Positions 1 through 6,491 of a stretch of DNA of 34,476 nucleotides are shown piece after piece. The translations under genes were made by a program, and so were the position numbers. Numbering within the stretch: position 1 is the first letter of the stretch; each line of letters opens with the position of its first letter. Origin of the DNA: a virus (taxonomy: Duplodnaviria > Heunggongvirae > Uroviricota > Caudoviricetes); the IMG/VR virus record IMGVR_UViG_2698536573_000006, one strand, 5' to 3'. The notes below the pieces were generated by a model. It was not told where the DNA came from, ran no database searches, and saw only the letters and a list, made by a program, of their open reading frames with translations.

Positions 1-1005
1 TTAATCCCCCGTGGACACTGCGTGGACACTTACGCCACCTTTCAGCGGATTAAGGGCCACCGCATCCTGCAGGTAATCCGGTGCAAAATGCGCATATGCC
101 ATTGTTTGCTGAATGGTTGCGTGACCAAGAATCTTCTGAAGCGCAATAATGTTTCCTCCGTTCATCACAAAATGGCTGGCGAACGTATGCCGCAGCACAT
201 GTGCAGCCTGGCCTTTTGGTAAATCGGGCTTAACTCTTTTCAGCGCCAGGCAGAATTCCCGGTACTTCACCTCAAACAAGCCGCCTGTTTCTCTGGTTTT
301 GATCGCCTCACAAACTGCCTGCGAAATTGGCACTGTTCTCTTCCGGCCATTTTTGGTTTCAAGAAACGTTACACGGTTATGAACTATCTGTTCACCACGA
401 AGCTTACAAGCTTCACTCCAGCGCGCCCCTGTGCTTAAACACAAAAGCGCAACACGCCAGTAGTCGCCCTCCAGTGTATCGAGCAATAGCGCCACTTCCT
501 TCTGTGACAGGAACGCCATTTCTCGTGGAGATACATAAAGAATAGAAATTCCCCTTACTGGATGTTCTGCATCCCAAAGACCTATTTTTTTCAGCACGGT
601 AAACATTCCGGATAACCGATTCATGTACCTGTTAGCAGATGACGGTTTCAATCCTTCAGCTATCTTTTGAGAACGCCACGCGATAATTTTCAGCTTATCA
701 AGATCCACAGCCTGCATATCAGCGCCAAGCTCATTGATTATGTTGCGCAGTTGTTTTCGGTCTTCTTCCGCCTTACGCCTGTGCTGGCCGTGATACATCC
801 ACCACAACTCAAGCAAATCATTTAGCGTTCGACGATCACGGTAGCCCTGTATATATTCCCGCTTTTCAGCGTTCGCCATGATGTAGCGTTCAGTGGCCAC
901 CGCTACCGATTTTTTGTCAAATACCTTACGCACGCGCTTTCCCTTGCGTCCGTTCGGCCTGATGTCCAGCAAATAACGACCATCTTCGAGCTTCTTAATC
1001 GACAT
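1..1005 (-). CDS. int: tyrosine integrase, P2 Int family
   Basis: ORF 1..1020; translation from MSIKKLEDGRYLLDIRPNGRKG to HAVSTGD aligns along its length with my recollection of P2 Int (ARWSEA, HVLRHTFASHF, LGH, YAHFAPDYLQDA motifs). Start chosen at ATG 1005, which follows a GGAGGG Shine-Dalgarno. Confidence 0.9.
   Translation of the reverse strand: MSIKKLEDGRYLLDIRPNGRKGKRVRKVFDKKSVAVATERYIMANAEKREYIQGYRDRRTLNDLLELWWMYHGQHRRKAEEDRKQLRNIINELGADMQAVDLDKLKIIAWRSQKIAEGLKPSSANRYMNRLSGMFTVLKKIGLWDAEHPVRGISILYVSPREMAFLSQKEVALLLDTLEGDYWRVALLCLSTGARWSEACKLRGEQIVHNRVTFLETKNGRKRTVPISQAVCEAIKTRETGGLFEVKYREFCLALKRVKPDLPKGQAAHVLRHTFASHFVMNGGNIIALQKILGHATIQQTMAYAHFAPDYLQDAVALNPLKGGVSVHAVSTGD
11..28. repeat. 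putative attL core (direct repeat with 33296-33313)
   Basis: gtggAcactgcgtggaca here versus gtggTcactgcgtggaca at 33296-33313, with a 13-nt exact core cactgcgtggaca. It lies in the last codons of int, as expected for a P2-type attP core at the int 3' end. Confidence 0.45.
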
Positions 1006-1101
1006 TACGAAGCCCTCCAATGAACCGCTCTACAATTTCTCCAGCCTCTTTCCAGCAATAATCAGACCAGACAAAAAGCAGGTCTAACCAGTTTTCTGGC
1101 C

Positions 1102-1422
1102 TCAGCGGGATAATTTTTGGATTGTTTCGGTTGAAACGCGATCTCCCTCCGAATTGCAGGAACCATCAAGAGAGAGAGCCGGAGAAATTTGCCCGACCTC
1201 CGGCATCGTTTCATCTGTTGATAACCAATAAGCATACTTCTTAAATTTAGGGTGTTTCGTAACCTTAAGTAAGGCACCCTCTGTTACTTGCTTCCCCCTC
1301 ACCTCATAGTTAGTTACCGTCCCATAAGGCAGCCCAACACAATCCGCAAACTCCTGGCGGGTCATACCTTCTGCTTCACGAATCAGGCGAAATTTTTCAC
1401 CCATGCTTGACAAAGATGCCAT
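1102..1422 (-). CDS. immunity repressor, P2 C-like HTH protein
   Basis: About 106 aa with an HTH segment MTRQEFADCVGLPYGTVTNYE and a C-terminal GQISPAL motif resembling P2 C. Divergent from cox. Start at ATG 1422 chosen for the GGAGGA upstream; alternative starts up to 1476 exist. Confidence 0.75.
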   Translation of the reverse strand: MASLSSMGEKFRLIREAEGMTRQEFADCVGLPYGTVTNYEVRGKQVTEGALLKVTKHPKFKKYAYWLSTDETMPEVGQISPALSLDGSCNSEGDRVSTETIQKLSR

Positions 1423-1535
1423 ATCGGGCATATCCTCCATCGCAACATGCCACATCGGGCACAAACATAAAAACACTCAAATAAGCCGATATAAGCCATT
1501 TTGAGCCATTCGAACGAATTAGGGAGATTACCACA
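1423..1535. promoter_or_regulatory. putative divergent early/repressor promoter-operator region (Pe/Pc analogue)
   Basis: Intergenic region between divergent C-like and cox-like genes. Contains direct repeats agccatt...agccatt about one helical turn apart (taagccattttgagccattcg). Promoter elements not mapped. Confidence 0.4.
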
Positions 1536-1823
1536 ATGAGCGAATCAGAGCTTGAGGGGTTCATTCAGGTAGCACCATATCCACTTGAAGCGGTGCCATA
1601 TCAACTATTTGCCAAGATGATTGGTCGCAAAGAATCAACCGTCAGAACCATGATTGACGCTGCAAAGTTACCAACGATTGACTTTGTGAAACCAGGTTCA
1701 GTGAAGACGCGTGCATCAGAAAACTGGGTATATCTGCCAGCATTTAACGAAGGCATGCGCAAAGCGTTTTTTGAGCAACCGAAAGAACGCCGCGACGCAT
1801 GGTTGTTGTGGCTGGGACTTTAG
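1536..1823 (+). CDS. cox: Cox-like excisionase / transcriptional regulator
   Basis: 95 aa; VPYQLFAKMIGRKESTVRTMID and WVYLPAFNEG...RDAWLLWLGL match P2 Cox motifs as I recall them. AGGGAG Shine-Dalgarno upstream of the ATG. Confidence 0.8.
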   Translation: MSESELEGFIQVAPYPLEAVPYQLFAKMIGRKESTVRTMIDAAKLPTIDFVKPGSVKTRASENWVYLPAFNEGMRKAFFEQPKERRDAWLLWLGL

Positions 1824-1829
1824 TCATAA

Positions 1830-2036
1830 ATGACCAGCCATATCATCAGCGCCATTCTGACCCTTGTTTTTATTGAGATAGGCGTAATAGAGATCTATTT
1901 GTTTCGCAAGTTAACGGGACATGAAGAACGCTTTATTGAACTCAGCATTGAATATATCGCCGCTTATACCAAAGGACTTTTCCCGGCAGCTATTGGGGCG
2001 ATGTTTATAGCGTTTGTTATCTGGTTTATCGGGTGA
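1830..2036 (+). CDS. small hydrophobic membrane protein (early region)
   Basis: 68-aa ORF with two hydrophobic segments, immediately downstream of cox. Confidence 0.5.
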   Translation: MTSHIISAILTLVFIEIGVIEIYLFRKLTGHEERFIELSIEYIAAYTKGLFPAAIGAMFIAFVIWFIG

Positions 2037-2288
2037 GAAACCTGACAACCCACAACTACTGCAATGAGGGTAATTATGTGTGGCATGGACAAATTGGACC
2101 TTATGTTAATTGTAATACTATCAATTAACTTCGGTTACCTCTTAAGCGGCGCAATTCTCATGTGCGGAGGCAAACGAAAATGAACCAGCAGTCCGCAAAA
2201 CGTGAAAACAATGCGATACGATTTAATCGCAAATATTTTGAGTTCGGCCTCTATGCCGGAATAATTAAATCTGTACAGAGTCTTTAAC

Positions 2289-2630
2289 ATGAAACAGCAA
2301 CGTAATTCACGCTTTCGCAATGGTGCAGAACGCCACGCTAACCGTTTTGCTACCAGTGCATCACGCAGCAACATCCGCTACAGCCTGAGTGATACACACG
2401 CAACGCCGGATGGCTACCCAGTAAAACAAATCGGCGAGCATGCCTGGCTGATTGAGAAAGCTGGAATCGTGATCCACAAATGCCCACGCAATCCGTTTAC
2501 CGGAAACCGCATTTTTGCTCTAAGCAGTGGCGACAATCAGTTCGGGCAGGATTTCACATTATACGAAGCACTTCGCACGGTTGATCGTCTGCTTCGCGGG
2601 CAAAGTTTTATTAAACAGGCTGATTTATAA
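2289..2630 (+). CDS. hypothetical early protein
   Basis: 113-aa ORF in the early operon; basic N-terminus; no family recognised. Confidence 0.55.
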   Translation: MKQQRNSRFRNGAERHANRFATSASRSNIRYSLSDTHATPDGYPVKQIGEHAWLIEKAGIVIHKCPRNPFTGNRIFALSSGDNQFGQDFTLYEALRTVDRLLRGQSFIKQADL

Positions 2631-2640
2631 CAGGTGCTTT

Positions 2641-2928
2641 ATGACCAAAGACCATGCACAAGGTGTATTTATCCGTTTTATTGATTTTCGCGGTGAACTG
2701 TTATTACGTGCATCCGCTATTGACGGAGTGACTCCGGCGGGTAAAAACGGAGCCGACGAAGCCACTTACGTTCATCTGAACGGCACGCGACTGCTTGTGG
2801 AACTTCCGTACCAGACCGTACGAGAAATCATTAGCGAAGCTGAAAAGGCACGCCAGGTTAATGGCGATGAACCCTATATCGAAATTATTTGTATGGATTC
2901 AGAAGCTGAAATACAGAAAGCAGATTAA
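2641..2928 (+). CDS. hypothetical early protein
   Basis: ORF 2527..2928; start set at ATG 2641 (MTKDHAQG), just after the preceding gene's stop. Confidence 0.55.
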   Translation: MTKDHAQGVFIRFIDFRGELLLRASAIDGVTPAGKNGADEATYVHLNGTRLLVELPYQTVREIISEAEKARQVNGDEPYIEIICMDSEAEIQKAD

Positions 2929-2939
2929 AGGGCGTTGTG

Positions 2940-3182
2940 ATGGGCAAAGAATATAAAACTCTCATTAACAAAGCACTTGAGCGTTTTTATTTTCGCTTAA
3001 GTGCATCAGGCGCTCATGCTGAACGTGCGGCCCGTGACTCATTGACCAGAGCAATCCGAAGTCTGTATGACGTGGCTTTTTACGCTGATGATCTGGATGC
3101 ACTTAACGAACTTTCCGAGCTGATCTGTGCCGCAGAATGCGGGGAACATATTGAACCGTATAAGCTGGGGAATATCGCATGA
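2940..3182 (+). CDS. hypothetical early protein
   Basis: 80-aa ORF; its stop overlaps the ATG of a following 37-aa hydrophobic ORF (3179-3292) in an ATGA arrangement. Confidence 0.5.
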   Translation: MGKEYKTLINKALERFYFRLSASGAHAERAARDSLTRAIRSLYDVAFYADDLDALNELSELICAAECGEHIEPYKLGNIA

Positions 3183-3327
3183 GTATATTTATCTCATGGC
3201 TTGTTCTGATTATTTCGGTGGCCTGCGCTATTGGGATTATGCGAATTATTCATTCAGTAAAAAAGATTGAGCGTTTTTTCACTGAAGAATAACAGCACAA
3301 ATAAAACACACGATTAAATAAGAAAAC

Positions 3328-3645
3328 ATGAAAACAATCCGCACTCGCGGAGGTATCCATATATATAAACACGAGGTTAGCATGCTCAGGACAAATCAAA
3401 AAATACTGAAGGATGCATATTTTGACAGGGGGCGAGATCTCGCAAAGCTTTGCGCCGCACTAAAAGAAATCAGTCAGTATTTCACTGATATTGAAGATGA
3501 TATAGCTAACAAAGGTGCCAGTATTACATTAGCGAACAGAGCACATTTTATGGGCTTTAATGTTTTCACAGCCATAAGAACATTAAAAGAACAAAAAGAA
3601 GAAATAGAAAAGCTCAAATACAGACATAAAGCCAAGAGGGTGTAA
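3328..3645 (+). CDS. hypothetical protein in an AT-rich segment
   Basis: 105-aa ORF; the region 3180-3650 is visibly more AT-rich than its flanks. An alternative start at 3382 has a better Shine-Dalgarno. Confidence 0.5.
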   Translation: MKTIRTRGGIHIYKHEVSMLRTNQKILKDAYFDRGRDLAKLCAALKEISQYFTDIEDDIANKGASITLANRAHFMGFNVFTAIRTLKEQKEEIEKLKYRHKAKRV

Positions 3646-3848
3646 TGGCAATTAAGCATTTTCCTGTCGTTCGCTTCACCTCCAGAGACCGCGAATACGA
3701 GGTCGACGAACGACTGATTACCACTATCGACAAACATCGTTCGGAAAAGGATGCACATCACATCTATCTCACTGACGGCACTTACTTCTGCGCCACGAAT
3801 GTGGTGCGGGTGAACCTTATCCGACAGGTACAGGAGTCACGCAGATGA
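3645..3848 (+). CDS. hypothetical early protein
   Basis: 67-aa ORF with an AGAGGG Shine-Dalgarno; overlapping start/stop with neighbours suggests translational coupling. Confidence 0.5.
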   Translation: MAIKHFPVVRFTSRDREYEVDERLITTIDKHRSEKDAHHIYLTDGTYFCATNVVRVNLIRQVQESRR

Positions 3849-4111
3849 CCATTCTGGACTACATCGCTACCCATCCGGGTTGTAGCGGCGGAGAAATCGC
3901 CGCAGCACTGAATACCCCAACCACAGCCATCAATGCTGAGTTACGCCGACTCTGGCGCGGCGGCTTAGTCATCAGAACAAACCGCAGCACAGGTGGTCGC
4001 GCTCGCAAAGCAGGAGGCCAGGCTTCTTACCACGTAAACCCGATGCCGTTCGAGTGTAGCAATCCACTTACTCACATGTTTAACCTGCTACTGAAGGAAG
4101 CCAGAGCATGA
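3845..4111 (+). CDS. putative winged-helix DNA-binding protein
   Basis: 88 aa; the N-terminal segment ILDYIATHPGCSGGEIAAALNTPTTAINAELRRLWRGGLV looks like a MarR/wHTH recognition unit. AGGAG Shine-Dalgarno. Confidence 0.6.
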   Translation: MTILDYIATHPGCSGGEIAAALNTPTTAINAELRRLWRGGLVIRTNRSTGGRARKAGGQASYHVNPMPFECSNPLTHMFNLLLKEARA

Positions 4112-4407
4112 GCGCCATCAACCACCAGGAATTACGCGAACTGGCGACTGACCTGCAACGAATGGCAACGCATCAAAAATTACTGGCGTTTCGCGCAATG
4201 CTCTCGCCATCTGCCGTGCTGGCACTGCTGGATGAGCTGGAGCACGCCAGAACCATGGCTCCTGCCATTCGTCTGACGCTCCATCATGAAATCAAGGATT
4301 TTTGCGCGACGCTGGAGTCACCAGGTGAATCAGAAACGCCGGAAGCAATGCAGCAGGAGCTGCTGCAACGCATCGACAACGTTTTCGATTTTTTCCTTAA
4401 CCAGTAA
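4108..4407 (+). CDS. hypothetical early protein
   Basis: 99-aa ORF, ATGA-coupled to the upstream gene; acidic and helical in appearance. Confidence 0.55.
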   Translation: MSAINHQELRELATDLQRMATHQKLLAFRAMLSPSAVLALLDELEHARTMAPAIRLTLHHEIKDFCATLESPGESETPEAMQQELLQRIDNVFDFFLNQ

Positions 4408-4418
4408 AGGACCGCGAT

Positions 4419-4622
4419 ATGAACAAAAAGACCTGGTTTCGCGCATACATGTGGGCGCTGGTATGCGTCCTCGTCTCTCTCATTCTGTATGCAGGACTAC
4501 TCCCCCGAATGATTTCATCAGACAGCTCCTTCCTGGTATTGCTGGGAATTTTCATTGCCATGCTGTACCCGGCAGGCGTTGTTCGCCTTTTCAGTAAGTA
4601 CATCAAGGAAATCAAACAATGA
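4419..4622 (+). CDS. small two-helix membrane protein, possible SPFH partner
   Basis: 67 aa with two hydrophobic helices; AAAGGA Shine-Dalgarno; its stop overlaps the start of the SPFH gene. Confidence 0.55.
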   Translation: MNKKTWFRAYMWALVCVLVSLILYAGLLPRMISSDSSFLVLLGIFIAMLYPAGVVRLFSKYIKEIKQ

Positions 4623-5449
4623 AGAAATTCAAACTTTTTCAGATTCTCCCGCTTTTTGCCGCCATCCTGCTGGTTGGTTGCGATCGCGTTGAGCCAGGTA
4701 ATGTGGGCATCAAAGTCAACAAACTGGGCGACGACAAAGGCGTCGGTGAAGTGGTTGGCGTTGGCCGCTACTGGACAGGCTGGAATACAGAGGTTTACAT
4801 CTTCCCGACCTTCAAACAAATGAAGACCTACGATGAGCCGTTCAGCTTCCAGATGAGCGACGGCACAAGCATCGGCTATCACATCGGTGTGGCCTACAAA
4901 GTTGATCCATCCAAAGTTACCACAGTGTTTCAGACCTACCGCAAAGGCGTGGATGACATTACCGACACTGACCTGCGCCAGAAGATCGCCGATGCACTCA
5001 ACCGACTGGCCAGCAAAATGACCACCGATAAGTTTATCGACGGTGGTAAGTCTGAACTGCTGGATTCAGCACTTAAAGATATTCAGGAAGAGATGACCCC
5101 CATCGGCATTCAGGTCATGAGCCTCTCTTATGTCGGTAAACCGGAATATCCGCCAACCGTTATCGACAGCATTAACACCAAAGTCACGGCAAACCAGAAA
5201 ACCCTGCAACGTGAACAGGAAGTCAAGCAACGCGAAGCTGAAGCCAACATGCTGCGCGCAGAAGCTGCCGGACAGGCCGATGCCATTCGCACAAAAGCCC
5301 AGGCTGAAGCCGACGCCATTCGTTTACGCGGCGAAGCTCTGCGCCAGAATCCCGGCGTTATGGAGCTGGAAGCGATCAACAAATGGAACGGCACGCTGCC
5401 GCAATACATGACCAGTAACACCGCTGTTCCGTTCGTTCCCGTGAAGTAA
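4619..5449 (+). CDS. SPFH/band-7 (stomatin-prohibitin-HflK/C-like) lipoprotein
   Basis: 276 aa; N-terminal signal with lipobox LLVGC; the central domain and C-terminal Ala/Glu/Gln-rich coiled coil (EAEANMLRAEAAGQADAIRTKAQAEADAIRLRGEA) are typical of SPFH proteins. Confidence 0.8.
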   Translation: MKKFKLFQILPLFAAILLVGCDRVEPGNVGIKVNKLGDDKGVGEVVGVGRYWTGWNTEVYIFPTFKQMKTYDEPFSFQMSDGTSIGYHIGVAYKVDPSKVTTVFQTYRKGVDDITDTDLRQKIADALNRLASKMTTDKFIDGGKSELLDSALKDIQEEMTPIGIQVMSLSYVGKPEYPPTVIDSINTKVTANQKTLQREQEVKQREAEANMLRAEAAGQADAIRTKAQAEADAIRLRGEALRQNPGVMELEAINKWNGTLPQYMTSNTAVPFVPVK

Positions 5450-5512
5450 TTAAATCCGGCCAGTGAAAACCGCTGGCCGGAGCAGTATCAGGATTTTTTA
5501 GTATGCCGTTCT

Positions 5513-5640
5513 CACAAAAAAACCGCTTGCCATGCCGCAATCAGTCAGGTTACATTTCCGCTGCACCTCACAAAACGGGTGCCGGGTTTCGCAGCCTGCT
5601 GACTACACAAGCGCACAACCGCGCCAGCGGTTTTTTTGTG
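5513..5640. repeat. perfect 14-bp inverted repeat flanking a roughly 100-nt structured spacer
   Basis: cacaaaaaaaccgc at 5513-5526 and its exact reverse complement gcggtttttttgtg at 5627-5640; the intergenic region also holds a GC hairpin with a ttcg loop at about 5690-5712 and reiterated ctacacaag/cttgtgtag motifs. Confidence 0.6.
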
Positions 5641-5816
5641 CGTACTGTATTGCCACGTTTTTTTCGCGTCAGAATTATGGCGGGGCGTACGGGGCCGACT
5701 TCGGTCGGGCCGGGTTCTTGTGTAGCCGGTACTGCGAACCTCGTACGTCTCGCCACCCACAGTTTCGCAGCTCTGGATGGTGAGTTTTCACAACTTACTA
5801 CACAAGGGGCCACACC

Positions 5817-6047
5817 ATGGCAAACCGCAAACCACACCGCGCTATCGCGGAGCGTCGTCACATCCAGACTGAAATCAACCGCAGGCTTTCCCGCGCATCA
5901 CGCGTCGCGCAAATCATGCACATCAATATGTTGCATGAGCGCAGCCACGCACTATCAAACATTTATTCCGCCTCTGTTTTCAGCTATCTGGCGGATGATC
6001 TGCACGAGCTTCAACAGCTCATCCAGCAGCAAAACAAACTCCATTAA
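5817..6047 (+). CDS. hypothetical small protein
   Basis: 76-aa ORF with an AAGGGG Shine-Dalgarno 8 nt upstream of the ATG. Confidence 0.5.
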   Translation: MANRKPHRAIAERRHIQTEINRRLSRASRVAQIMHINMLHERSHALSNIYSASVFSYLADDLHELQQLIQQQNKLH

Positions 6048-6119
6048 TTCCTGTTCCGGGCCTTTCCTGCACCTTGCGGCGGGAGGCCTTCGCACATCTG
6101 TAACAAGAGGATTGCCGCA

Positions 6120-6485
6120 ATGATTCTCGCCAACGACTTTCTTGAATACCTGCTCAACACAGAGCGTGATCTTGCCGCTCGCGTGCGTGATCGTTATGAC
6201 ATGTACCTGAAATCCCTGCCTGTACCGCAGCTCGCTGACGGAAAGATTGTTATTGATGGTCGCTACATGATTGACAGCCACGAGGGAAATTACAGGCTTT
6301 ACCGCATTGAAGGTGGCACCCCGTCCGTTATTGGCATTTACCAGCGCCCATCCTCTGCAATCGTCGATGTGATTGCCGACAGCATCCGCATCACACATCG
6401 CCATGCCGACACAGAAGACACCGTGCTGGAAATTCAGCGGCTGGCTACAGTCTGCCGCGACACCCTGAATGGCATGACGAAGTAA
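6120..6485 (+). CDS. hypothetical protein upstream of A
   Basis: 121-aa ORF with an AAGAGGA Shine-Dalgarno, immediately preceding the replication gene. Confidence 0.6.
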   Translation: MILANDFLEYLLNTERDLAARVRDRYDMYLKSLPVPQLADGKIVIDGRYMIDSHEGNYRLYRIEGGTPSVIGIYQRPSSAIVDVIADSIRITHRHADTEDTVLEIQRLATVCRDTLNGMTK

Positions 6486-6491
6486 ATCACT

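Noticed and set aside
5513-5640. Retron-like msr/msd flanked by a1/a2 inverted repeats
   Set aside because: The inverted-repeat geometry is reminiscent of a retron, but there is no reverse transcriptase gene downstream or anywhere in the window.
5503-6123. 206-aa plus-strand ORF across the structured intergenic region, and overlapping Arg-rich minus-strand ORFs
   Set aside because: Low-complexity translations, no Shine-Dalgarno, and they run through inverted repeats and hairpins; more likely non-coding.
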